A DNA stretch of 64,000 nt from Thermoplasmata archaeon (GCA_034667725.1 JAXDQS010000002.1:32001-96000), one strand, 5' to 3'; counted from the stretch's first letter, positions 1 to 9,001 are shown. Notes: generated by a model from the letters alone, not told the origin. A program made the numbers and translations.

Positions 1-224
1 AAAGAAGCCAACGCTTGAACGAAGAGGCGGCAATCTTCGTCCTGATGCATCCAGTCCAAGTCCTCACGAACGAGTCCTTGCCAATGGTGATTGAGGTCAG
101 TTTGTGGGCCTGCTTTGCACTCCTCCACGAGCTTATCGTGGAGCTTAACAAGTTCGTGGTTGAACGACCGGATCTTGCCGCCACTTGGACGCCGTCCGTC
201 CACATGCCAACGACGCAAAACTAA
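1..224 (+). CDS. possible 3' end of a hypothetical gene entering from the left edge
   Basis: Frame open from position 3 to TAA at 222-224; no recognisable motif. Confidence 0.3.
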   Translation, partial: RSQRLNEEAAIFVLMHPVQVLTNESLPMVIEVSLWACFALLHELIVELNKFVVERPDLAATWTPSVHMPTTQN

Positions 225-572
225 CGCAATCTTGAGCATGCGTTCGAATCCGTAGGTGTAGAAGAGTAGCGGAGCTGTGTAGAAGTTGTTGGAGCCGGAG
301 ATCTCTGCGGTTGCTCGATGTCCCTGATGGATTGCTCGCGAAACCGCTTCCAGTTCCAGAAGGATGCCGCCCCTCTCGGTGACGTCCGGCGTCCCCTTGG
401 AGGGCCAACGTTCCTTCGTAGACGGCGGTGGAATTGGGGGCGACTGATGAAACGAGTCTGGGTGCACAGCGGGTAGAGACCATTAGCCCTTCATGAGGAT
501 GGAACAACGACTCGCCAGGCCGAACGCTCAACGAAGCCTGGGAATTTGGGCCGCACAGAACAGTTGCCCAGC

Positions 573-1580
573 CTAGGCCGCCTCAACCTGCATGCGTTTT
601 CGCCACCATGCTCGAAGGTCACGGCTGAGAGCGAGACCGAACATCACAACCAGGAACACCGCTACGGCAATCAAGGCGCTGAGCGTCTGAAGTTCCGATT
701 GCAGGGAAGGGGATGACTCCTGCGACCTCAGCCATGTCCATCCACTGCCAAGAGTCGAGGGCAGGTACAAAGCGCATAGAAGTGACCAAGCCAGGAAAGC
801 CGCGATGCAGAATCCGACCCTAAGACTGCGGCGCGGAATCAGCTTGGCGAGAAGCGGGCGCCGCCTCAGGAAACCCGTGGGCAACACGATTACCACCACC
901 GTGCCTGCGACCATCGCCCACTCTCGCACATCGTTCAACTTGATTTGGCGAGTCCGGACCTGGCCTTCCAGCCACCAAGCTGAAACAAGTGTGAAGGCGA
1001 CGAGAACTGCGAACATGAGGATGGTGTTGCGCTGCCGCTGAAACGCTTTCTTGACGTTTGCCCGCGCTTCTTTCAGCACCTCGTCATACGACTGCACCGG
1101 AGTCGTATCCTTCTTGCGAGTGTCAATGAACTTCTGCTTATGGACAATCATGGTCGCTTCAAGGGTCTCGGACATGTCGCGCTGTAGCGTTCTGGAAGAA
1201 TACATCCAGCGCGAGAAGGCGCGACCCGCAAGGAAGACCGACCCCACAAAGATCGCGAAGGCCACAAGTTGTGGGGTCGACTCGGCGTCACGGGCCATAA
1301 TCATGAAAATGAACGAGAGGAGCGCCATTCCAGCCCACCAGAGCGCGTTTGGCCCAGCATTGGAGTACGCGGCCTCATGGGCTTGAAGGCGGCGCAGGGT
1401 TTGCGCTCGATATGCATGGCTCACAGGGTCGTTCCGTGCTTCAGCTGACGCAGTCGCCTGCTCCAGCTGGAGGAGCTCGCCCGCGCGCCGATGCTCCTTC
1501 AGGCCCGCAAATTGCCACAGCGCGGCCCCCGCGGTCACAACAGCCGCAATGGTCTGCCAATGCCCGGTCGTCAACTCCAC
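573..1580 (-). CDS. multi-pass membrane protein, hypothetical (about 335 aa)
   Basis: ORF 573..1670 with about 7 hydrophobic segments. GTG start at 1580 (VELTTGHWQ) is supported by a decayed paralog starting ATG-AAA-CTC-ACT at 4132. Confidence 0.65.
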   Translation of the reverse strand: MELTTGHWQTIAAVVTAGAALWQFAGLKEHRRAGELLQLEQATASAEARNDPVSHAYRAQTLRRLQAHEAAYSNAGPNALWWAGMALLSFIFMIMARDAESTPQLVAFAIFVGSVFLAGRAFSRWMYSSRTLQRDMSETLEATMIVHKQKFIDTRKKDTTPVQSYDEVLKEARANVKKAFQRQRNTILMFAVLVAFTLVSAWWLEGQVRTRQIKLNDVREWAMVAGTVVVIVLPTGFLRRRPLLAKLIPRRSLRVGFCIAAFLAWSLLCALYLPSTLGSGWTWLRSQESSPSLQSELQTLSALIAVAVFLVVMFGLALSRDLRAWWRKRMQVEAA

Positions 1581-2151
1581 GGAGGCCAGCACCCCTACAT
1601 CCAATAAAAGGGCAAACGCGGTGGAATGCACACCGCCCAGCCGGCTTAGGTCAAATGGTCCGCAATCCAACCTTAAAGTCTTGCCGAAACGGAGTAGACC
1701 GTTGGAGTAAAAAGAGGCCTAAGAACATGGAGGGGCCAGTTCGACTGACCGCAACCCTCGCCCCGAGCCTAGGAAACTTTGAGGCGGGGGTTGCGGCCGT
1801 GTATGCTCTGGCGGATTCCGCCCCCAAGCTACTTGGAGGCGGGCCGCCAGACGGTATCCCCATCGGGCGGTCCTAACTGGGACCGAGGATGTAGGATGCC
1901 CAAGAAATCCCTTCCGAAACGATTCAAGGTCAGAGAGCCTGCTCGCTCCTGTGGAACTCTTGGCCACTCACAAGCCCCCCCGAAAACATGGGGTGAGGGG
2001 GCTTCAATCCCACAATGTTTGTGGATTAGGGCTATTAACCCTTCCGATTTGGCCCGCAAGCCGCGTGGGTCGCTGAAAAGCATCTCACCGCAGCCGGAGC
2101 CTACCCTGCATGGTCCCCCAAGTTCTTGCATTCCGGGAGGAGGGGGCACAA

Positions 2152-2694
2152 GTGAATAGCGGGCCAAGGACCCTTTCGGAGCAAGAGCGCAAGGACTTGG
2201 TGCTGTTCCTGCTCAGCAAACGGTCCATCAAGCCGGTCGATGCAAAAGCAGAGGCCTCCGATGGAGGGCACAGCCTTCTCCATACGGCAATGTCCATTCT
2301 GGATGCCAAACTAGAGAAGAAAGGGCTTGATCTGGGGTACGACTTCAACCAGTATCTCTTGTACCCAAGTGACTCTAGGCTGAACCGTGATGTGTTCCAA
2401 CTTTACCACAGCGAACTAATCGAGAACGAAGACGGTGAACCGGAACGGCAGTTGCCAATTCGGCACATTGAAGTCACGCCAGCAGGTAAGAATCATATCC
2501 GATTTTTTGGCGTGGAGTCAAGTCTGGCTCGTGCCCTAGCAGGAAAGGAGATTCGGCTTAGCGAAGTTACAGCCATTTGGCAAGACTTGCTTAGCAAGCC
2601 GATGGCAGAACTCCTTAACCTAGAAATCAAGGCCCGCAATCGCGAGGCCTCCATGAAAGAATTTGAAGATGCCGTCAGCACTCTTATAGACTAG
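2152..2694 (+). CDS. winged-helix/Panacea (SocA, DUF4065)-like protein
   Basis: GTG after GGAGGAGG; pattern GYDFxxYxxYPxDxxLxxDVxxLxxxELI…VTPAG resembles Panacea/YwgA-like antitoxin folds. Confidence 0.5.
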   Translation: MNSGPRTLSEQERKDLVLFLLSKRSIKPVDAKAEASDGGHSLLHTAMSILDAKLEKKGLDLGYDFNQYLLYPSDSRLNRDVFQLYHSELIENEDGEPERQLPIRHIEVTPAGKNHIRFFGVESSLARALAGKEIRLSEVTAIWQDLLSKPMAELLNLEIKARNREASMKEFEDAVSTLID

Positions 2695-2713
2695 ACAAAT
2701 TGGGGGGGAGTAG

Positions 2714-3835
2714 ATGCTAGTCGGTCGTGGAGCAGGCATTGTCCTCGCCCTTAGCCAGTACGATCGCGATGGGACACTCCTCAACCGAGCTGCTTCCGAC
2801 CTTCGGAAAAAGGACGGCAAGAGCCGCTATGACATCATTGAATCAAGTGCGTCTGGATTATCCATGAGGTTTTCGGAGACTTACCTCTCTAAATTCTCCA
2901 CGGTGCAATGGGGTGCAAGGCTGGGCTCGGCCCAAGGCGCGGAGAGCCGTCTAAAGGCCTTGAAAGCCGTAATGCGTAGCATCACAATGAAGATTCACAT
3001 CTTAGACGGAGTTCTCGCCGTTGAATTTCACGTGGATTCTACGGTAGCCCCTCTAGTGACAATCATCGACCGAACACCCATAGTTGGCCCTGGGCTCCGC
3101 GGGGAAATGGAAACACACTTCCTCGATTATGTGATGGACGTGACAGCGCTCGTACATGAAACAAGTGACAAGAAGTTCGTGTCGTTGAACGTTTTTAGCA
3201 TCGTCTCCGCATTCTCGTTTTCTGGAACTGGCGCCGTAGCAAGTGAGAATGCTCTCTTTCAAGAGATTCGGCAGAAGTTGCGGGACCAACACCACGACAA
3301 CATCGACAAGGTCGAGCGCTTTGAAAGCGAGGTGCGTACCCGCAAGCGGCGCTATCTTATCCGCAGGAAGTCCAAGTATCGCATAGAATGGCAGTTCCCG
3401 AGCACTTTGCAAAAATGGATTACCGAAGAAATCGAGCGGCAAAGAAGTCACCACTGGCAGGCCATTTACCTTGCGGGATGCATGAGAAATTGCCGACAAC
3501 GGAAACACAGCACGCTGCGTCGGCTGGCAGATGACATGGATCACTATGCCCCCCTCTATGAGGTGAGGCGGGAAATGCTGGGATCTCTCCGAGACCAAAT
3601 CGGCTTTCAACTGGCCACCAAGGGCCTTCTCGCGGGCTTCGTCCTTTTCGCGGTTGCTTTCCTTCTTGCCATCAAAGCCGCTCCGTTTGACAACTGGTCC
3701 GCACGCTATGCAACGATTGGCTTCATTCCTTTAGTTGGATGGGTTGGTTACTGGTATGTGATGCATGGCATTACTAGGAGCTTGGAGTTGGAAATTGGGA
3801 AAACATCCATGCTTCACAGTCGGGCAAAACAGTAG
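2714..3835 (+). CDS. hypothetical protein with two C-terminal TM helices (candidate membrane effector/toxin)
   Basis: 373-aa ORF 19 nt after the previous gene, with a G-rich SD; helical soluble region, then TM1 (GLLAGFVLFAVAFLLAI) and TM2 (ATIGFIPLVGWVGYWYVM). Confidence 0.65.
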   Translation: MLVGRGAGIVLALSQYDRDGTLLNRAASDLRKKDGKSRYDIIESSASGLSMRFSETYLSKFSTVQWGARLGSAQGAESRLKALKAVMRSITMKIHILDGVLAVEFHVDSTVAPLVTIIDRTPIVGPGLRGEMETHFLDYVMDVTALVHETSDKKFVSLNVFSIVSAFSFSGTGAVASENALFQEIRQKLRDQHHDNIDKVERFESEVRTRKRRYLIRRKSKYRIEWQFPSTLQKWITEEIERQRSHHWQAIYLAGCMRNCRQRKHSTLRRLADDMDHYAPLYEVRREMLGSLRDQIGFQLATKGLLAGFVLFAVAFLLAIKAAPFDNWSARYATIGFIPLVGWVGYWYVMHGITRSLELEIGKTSMLHSRAKQ

Positions 3836-3999
3836 TCCCTAGCCTATTCAGTGGGGAGCCGCATGGATGACTGGCGACAGCGCTGAACCACGGCGCAGGG
3901 CGAAGCAAAACGCTACAGAGATTACCGGCGCGGCACCAAGGCGCCGACTGCTACACTCCGCTGCGCTGTCGAGTGATGTGCCCCAAAGGCGCGTATGGC

Positions 4000-4132
4000 T
4001 CGTTCATGCCCTTGCTTGTTCCGGTTCAGGAGTTAGCCCGCACGGCGGTGCTCCTTCAACCTGCGAATTGCCACAGCGCGGCGACGGCCACCACAGCCGC
4101 GATGACTTGCCAATGCCCGTAGTGAGTTTCAT
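4000..4132 (-). pseudogene. decayed 5' fragment paralogous to the 573..1580 membrane gene
   Basis: Reads MKLT/GHWQVIAAVVAVAALWQFAG/LKEHRRAG* with frameshifts and a stop, versus VELTTGHWQTIAAVVTAGAALWQFAGLKEHRRAGE; GGAGGT SD upstream. Confidence 0.75.
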
Positions 4133-4185
4133 GCTGAGTTACCTCCATGCTGACAATGCAATGACTTAGGCGGACAGGAACTATT

Positions 4186-5802
4186 CTACGGGGCAATGAC
4201 CGGCTTACTTGGTAGGCTCCAGTACCCGCGGTACCACTGCTGAATCACAGGATTCTGGCAAAGACATCCTTCAGCGGGCTCGCCAATCGGGATCTCAGCG
4301 CTCGTCGACTTCCAGCGCAGACTATCTCCTTGCACCCGATTAGGGACCTGCTGGTAGCCAATCGCTCGCAGGATGATTGCCGACGTGGCATGGATTCCCA
4401 CGATTACCGGCACGTGCGGAACGGGCGGAGCTGCAATCCGGTCGTTGCCAACTTGGGCGCCTTGTCCGCAGATTCCCTCGATGAGTTTCTTCAACGGTTG
4501 CCCGAGGAATTGGGATATGTACGTGTCCGAGAATCCTTTGGCGCGTTGCAAGTCGTCCAAGTCAGCTTTGGTCAATGTCTTGGATGGGTCTTCGAGGTAG
4601 GCTCGAACGCGCGCCAAGGGCCAGCCTACCTGACGTGCCTTGAACTCCATGGCAGTTCCAGGATCATCAGTCTTCGAGTGGTACTGGCAAGCCATGCATG
4701 CTTGGTCGCCAATGCGGTGAATAGAGTAGCCCCATGAGTTGAGCGCGTCTCCGCTGTCGGTCCATACATTCATGACCTGCTCGTGGAGCCCGAACTGGAT
4801 GTCACGGCGGGTTACCGCTGAGTCGACCGCCGCCACCACTAGGCGACGGGGGCGAGCGCCATCCAAGTCGGTCCAGCCGAGGTAGGTGAGCGGTGGCGCC
4901 AGGTATTCGATTTGGAGTAGTGGCAGGATGGCCCAGCCTGGTGAACCGGCACTTAGCCCCAGTGCGTGTCGCGGCTCGAAGCGGGTCGGCATCGCGGCTG
5001 GATAGACGGGGGCCGGAGCCGGGAATTGAACTTGGAGTAAGGGATGGTGCGAAGCAAGGACGTGACGTGCAACCTGCGGTTTGTATTGCCCGACTGCCTT
5101 CTGGGTAGCCAGCAAGTAGCGCTCCATGTTGCCTTGGTCGATGAACTCGTGATCGACCAGGTCGATTCGCCCAGCTAGATTTGGCAGGGTGGTAAGAGCG
5201 TGACAGATTGCTTGGCCGACGGCGCCCACGCCGACCAACGTGACGTCGATGATGGGGGTAGCCGCGTCTAAGGCGGGAGCATCGGGTGGGCTGGAGCCTC
5301 CGCGTCCAGTGATAAGGTCCCAGGTGGCTTGCCCATCCAAGAGGCGAATGCCTTCGATTGTGTCCTTGAACGCGACGTTGAACACGTGTTGAGCGGCCAG
5401 GCTTGCGGCGTAGAGAGCTGCCAGTACGTTGTTGCCTTGGCAGCCGGGTGGCTGGGTTGTTGAGATGGCTGCGGCCCAAGACTGGAAATCTGCGTGTATG
5501 TGGGGCACGGCTACTGTGGAGTCTTGCAGCACGACAGTCATGTCTGGAGTGACGCCCGGCTGGAATTGGACTTGATTCACCAGACTTCCTACGTGAGCTT
5601 GGCGAGCGGGATCTTGAACGCCTTCGACGGTCAAGTTGCGGAAGGTTCGGCCAAGGATGCCGATGGCAAGGCGGGCTTGTTCCAAGCGGATTGGGTTGTT
5701 CTCGTCGACCACCACGTGGACCTTGAAGTTCTGGCAAATGGCTTCGACGTTGGCACGGGGAGCGCGCGTCATTGCTAGCGTGCCTGCGGTTACGCGGTTC
5801 AT
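4186..5802 (-). CDS. E1/ThiF-family ubiquitin-like activating enzyme (BilD-like)
   Basis: VGVGAVG nucleotide-binding motif, DHEFIDQGNMERY, AVDS..R, Zn ligands CMAC and CLC, candidate catalytic Cys in ICG; ATG at 5802 overlaps the JAB stop (ATGA). Confidence 0.9.
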   Translation of the reverse strand: MNRVTAGTLAMTRAPRANVEAICQNFKVHVVVDENNPIRLEQARLAIGILGRTFRNLTVEGVQDPARQAHVGSLVNQVQFQPGVTPDMTVVLQDSTVAVPHIHADFQSWAAAISTTQPPGCQGNNVLAALYAASLAAQHVFNVAFKDTIEGIRLLDGQATWDLITGRGGSSPPDAPALDAATPIIDVTLVGVGAVGQAICHALTTLPNLAGRIDLVDHEFIDQGNMERYLLATQKAVGQYKPQVARHVLASHHPLLQVQFPAPAPVYPAAMPTRFEPRHALGLSAGSPGWAILPLLQIEYLAPPLTYLGWTDLDGARPRRLVVAAVDSAVTRRDIQFGLHEQVMNVWTDSGDALNSWGYSIHRIGDQACMACQYHSKTDDPGTAMEFKARQVGWPLARVRAYLEDPSKTLTKADLDDLQRAKGFSDTYISQFLGQPLKKLIEGICGQGAQVGNDRIAAPPVPHVPVIVGIHATSAIILRAIGYQQVPNRVQGDSLRWKSTSAEIPIGEPAEGCLCQNPVIQQWYRGYWSLPSKPVIAP

Positions 5803-6287
5803 GGGTGGACCTTGACTAGTGCGCTCAATTCTTCTGATTCGAGTGTTCGCCCCCAGCCGGAACGGTCTCGGATGTAGCCCACGCAGTGCGGCCAATTCTT
5901 GAGTCCGAACCGTCCGAAGCAAGGCACAACGATGGAGATGCTGCCTTCTTGCGTGACTGTATCGTCAGCGTCGTCGGTGTCACTGTGAAAGGCATGGCCA
6001 GGATGCGTGTGAATCTGGATTGCGATTAGTCTCCCCGTGTCGGCTAAGTCTTGGTGGATTGGAATCAGGCTCCCAGGAGAGAGACGGACGCTAAGTGCTG
6101 TGGCGTGCTGCTCGGGCACGTACACCATGTCCAAGAGCAGAGTCTTGGAGTCTATGGGTTTTCCAGCGAGCAGTACCAGGCACTCGACGCCTTGGCTTCC
6201 GGCTTGCTGCAAAACGTTTTGGGCCGCTTGGAGGGCGTCAGATCCGACTCGGAATTCCATTATTGACTTCAAGTCGACTGGTTTCAT
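5799..6287 (-). CDS. JAB/MPN+ (JAMM) metallo-isopeptidase (BilC-like)
   Basis: E…HTHPGHAFHSDTD JAMM motif; starts immediately after the E2 stop. Confidence 0.9.
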   Translation of the reverse strand: MKPVDLKSIMEFRVGSDALQAAQNVLQQAGSQGVECLVLLAGKPIDSKTLLLDMVYVPEQHATALSVRLSPGSLIPIHQDLADTGRLIAIQIHTHPGHAFHSDTDDADDTVTQEGSISIVVPCFGRFGLKNWPHCVGYIRDRSGWGRTLESEELSALVKVHP

Positions 6288-6752
6288 CTAGTCCCTCTTG
6301 AGAAGTGAGACAACGTTGTTCACGATTCCGACTGGACCAAAGTTCGGGAGATGCCTTACGGACTCCCATGACAGTGCATCACCATAATCCTCATGGAATT
6401 CCCTTGTCCCTTCGACGCAGAAATATGCGCCTTGCCCAGGTCGTTTCGCATCATCCCAAACGTGGTTCTCCCCTCCTTCCCTGAGCAGGAAAGGAGCGAC
6501 CTCTTTCGAGGCCAGTCGCTTTGTGAAATCTGGTGTGCATGGGATTGCGCGAGGCGGCCGGTGCGGCCAATCCGTGGCGTCGAAGAGGATTCCCAGCTTG
6601 GCGTTCCGCTCCGAGTTGAGGACATGGACGGCCAAGTACGGGTACGCCACGTACACAACCTGCCAGTTGTGCTGGCTTGCAGAAGCACTTTGAATGGGGT
6701 CTGCGAACGAGGGGAAGAAGACGCGCCCCAGTTCGCCTGGGAAGACGGGCAC
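6288..6752 (-). CDS. E2-like conjugating enzyme, CEHH/'metal-binding' type (BilB-like)
   Basis: DWPHRPP (UBC-like YPxxPP) and FCVEGTREFH (CxxxxxEYH signature of PF14455); lies between the Ubl and JAB genes. Confidence 0.8.
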   Translation of the reverse strand: MPVFPGELGRVFFPSFADPIQSASASQHNWQVVYVAYPYLAVHVLNSERNAKLGILFDATDWPHRPPRAIPCTPDFTKRLASKEVAPFLLREGGENHVWDDAKRPGQGAYFCVEGTREFHEDYGDALSWESVRHLPNFGPVGIVNNVVSLLKRD

Positions 6753-6754
6753 GA

Positions 6755-7015
6755 CTAGGCCTTCTTGCCTGGCTTGTTGGACAAGATGATGGTCGCCTTT
6801 TCCGGGATGCCGGAATCCTTCCAGGACTTGCTCACGTCCACCGGCTTCCCATTGAAGGTAACATCGTACAAGGACAAGTCGTCCTTGTTTCCAGTGTCAC
6901 TCAAGGCCTTCTTGACAGCTACCTGGATTTTCTGGTTCTCGGGGTAGGAATCCTTGACGGCTTGGCCGTTGACGCTGATAGTGGCTTCGAATTTCTTGTC
7001 TGGTTTCTCGGGCAC
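6755..7015 (-). CDS. single-domain ubiquitin-like protein, DUF2604-like (BilA-like)
   Basis: 86 aa; VNGQ…N….AL..TGN…G..VD…G….IILS pattern; first gene of the E2/JAB/E1 operon; ends PGKKA. Confidence 0.8.
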   Translation of the reverse strand: MPEKPDKKFEATISVNGQAVKDSYPENQKIQVAVKKALSDTGNKDDLSLYDVTFNGKPVDVSKSWKDSGIPEKATIILSNKPGKKA

Positions 7016-7204
7016 GGTCCCATCCGCTCCGTTGCCACGTTGCCAAGCAGCAACGGGCGCAATTTGGCACCGCCAGCGGTTCTACATGAACGCTTCTCGC
7101 CCGTTCCGCTTCCCCTTGTAATAACCTGATGGAGCGCCCCCATTTCTTGCAAGGCAGTAGGCGATGTGCGCGGAAGCTGCTTGGACTGCTTGCGTGTTCA
7201 GCAT

Positions 7205-7214
7205 GGATATATCC
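7205..7214 (+). promoter_or_regulatory. putative TATA box
   Basis: GGATATATCC about 25-30 nt upstream of GTG 7235. Confidence 0.4.
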
Positions 7215-7234
7215 GGCCCATACCTTGGAGCGCT

Positions 7235-9001
7235 GTGATTCGCAGGCTTGCTTCAATCGCGCTCGTAGTCACGCTCACCGCAGCTGCCTTCCCCGTCGAC
7301 GCTGGCTTGCGTGAAGGCACCTTCGGCGCGAACGAACCCGCCCGCGAGTCCTTCGGCTTCGGACCCGACGGCGAAATCATTGGCAGCCCAGGCGACTTCG
7401 AGCTCTTCGCCGCCGCCAACGCAATCTCTGCGGGGCTCCAATGGGATCCAGCCTTCGACCCCTGCATCAGCTGCCTCTACCCACCCGCCTCCCTTCTGGC
7501 CCACTACCCGAACCCCGTCCAGCCTGCCCCGACGGCGTTTGACCAGGCGCGCATGATCCACCGCGACGTGCCCACGTGCAGCGGCATTGCGAGTGGACCC
7601 GGTGGCGGCGCCGCATGCAATCCCACCGTCGAGTCCTGCGACCCGTCAGACCCGCACAGCGTCGATGTGCGCGACTACAGCATCGACCAAATGTGGGACG
7701 GCAACCCCGACATCAACGTCAGCGACGAGAGTTGCCCCACGCCGTGCGACGAGGACTGGTCCGGCCCCCCACTCGCCTCCTCCGAAACCTGCGAATGCAT
7801 CCCACCCGATTCCTGCGCGCCTGACGAATGCGATGAGCCTGGCCTGTTCTTCGAGAACGACCCCGGCGAACTATGCACTCCGGATTGCACACCAGCCCAA
7901 GAATGCCTGCCTTTCCCGGTGCCATGCAGTCCCGTGACGTCGTGCCTCCCACCAGAATGTGGCAGCCCAGGAATCCTAGAAGCCATCCTGCTGCTCGTCG
8001 TCAATGGACCCTGCACGCCCGACTGCTCGCCAACCTCCGAATGCGTTCCGAATCCATGCGACTCTTCCGGGTGCCTTCCGCCACCGTGCGACGAGGAAGG
8101 AATCCAGTTGAGCGACACCGACGACCCGTGCACGCCCCACTGCGCTCCAGCACAAGACTGCCCCAGCAAGTGCGCCCCGCCGCTCTGTGGAGAGGCCGAC
8201 ACGCCCGTGTTCTGGCCGGACGAGAACCACGACTGCGTCCCTGAGTGCAGTCCCGTCCAAGACTGCACGCCACCTTCTTGCGAAGAGCCGGGAATCGGAT
8301 TCAGCACGCAGGACGACGAGCCTTGCACGCCCAACTGCTCTCCCATCCAGAGCTGCGTGCCTCTACCACCGCCTTGTGAGGAGGGCATCAACACCAACCC
8401 AGTCACGGACGAAGACCCGTGCATCCCACAATGCAACATCCAGGGCTGCTTGCCGGTCCCGGTTCCTCCGCAATGCGAAAACGACGGCCTTGCGGGACTC
8501 GATAGCGACGTCTGCATCCCGAACTGCACGCCAGCCGCCGCATGTGTTCCCCCAACCTGTGGTCCGCCCACTCCAGTCGCCTGCGATCCTTGCGCCAACA
8601 ACTCGTGTCCCGAACCTGTGTGCCTCGCCGCGCCTCAACTCTGCGAGGGCAGCGACCCCAGCCCTTCTTCGCCCACCTCACCGAGCTACTGCGGCATCTC
8701 CCGCTGCATGACCGTCTCCGGCACCCTCCGCCTGCCCTTCCAAGACCCCACAGCCCCAAGCAGCCCGACAGCTTGGTACGACTGCCGCGTCTGCTGGTAT
8801 GACATCCACGACGACGACAGCGGCCAAGACGACGAATGGCTCGGCCACGGCTACACCACCAATGAAGGCTACTTCGAGATCGAGGTCAACAACGACGACC
8901 TCTGCGCCACAAGGGACCCGTTTTACTCGTGCAGCGACCAAGACATCTACCTGGTCGTCTGGGCCTGCTGCAACTTCGCCAGATTCTGCCCACGGTCTTG
9001 A
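7235..9001 (+). CDS. secreted Cys/Pro/acidic repeat protein with a C-terminal transthyretin-like domain
   Basis: Signal peptide (IRRLASIALVVTLTAAAFPVDA); about 7 PPxC..G…CTPxCSPxQxC repeats; C-terminal VSG…D.D..DD.LG..T..GYF.I…DIYLVV. Confidence 0.75.
   Translation: MIRRLASIALVVTLTAAAFPVDAGLREGTFGANEPARESFGFGPDGEIIGSPGDFELFAAANAISAGLQWDPAFDPCISCLYPPASLLAHYPNPVQPAPTAFDQARMIHRDVPTCSGIASGPGGGAACNPTVESCDPSDPHSVDVRDYSIDQMWDGNPDINVSDESCPTPCDEDWSGPPLASSETCECIPPDSCAPDECDEPGLFFENDPGELCTPDCTPAQECLPFPVPCSPVTSCLPPECGSPGILEAILLLVVNGPCTPDCSPTSECVPNPCDSSGCLPPPCDEEGIQLSDTDDPCTPHCAPAQDCPSKCAPPLCGEADTPVFWPDENHDCVPECSPVQDCTPPSCEEPGIGFSTQDDEPCTPNCSPIQSCVPLPPPCEEGINTNPVTDEDPCIPQCNIQGCLPVPVPPQCENDGLAGLDSDVCIPNCTPAAACVPPTCGPPTPVACDPCANNSCPEPVCLAAPQLCEGSDPSPSSPTSPSYCGISRCMTVSGTLRLPFQDPTAPSSPTAWYDCRVCWYDIHDDDSGQDDEWLGHGYTTNEGYFEIEVNNDDLCATRDPFYSCSDQDIYLVVWACCNFARFCPRS

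Noticed and set aside
1671-2150. Several short overlapping ORFs in the island's intergenic gap
   Set aside because: No coding signature or motif; likely a divergent promoter region or decayed DNA
3867-4169. 100-aa plus-strand ORF
   Set aside because: It overlies the antisense pseudogene fragment and has no protein-like features
5803-5922. Longer E1 start given by the ORF track (578 aa)
   Set aside because: It would overlap JAB by 124 nt; the ATGA-coupled ATG at 5802 is more plausible
4186-7015. CBASS (Cap2/Cap3) or a ThiF/MoeB sulfur-transfer operon
   Set aside because: No CD-NTase is visible and the E2 is a separate gene with a dedicated Ubl; no thiamine or Moco genes are nearby, and an E2 is present
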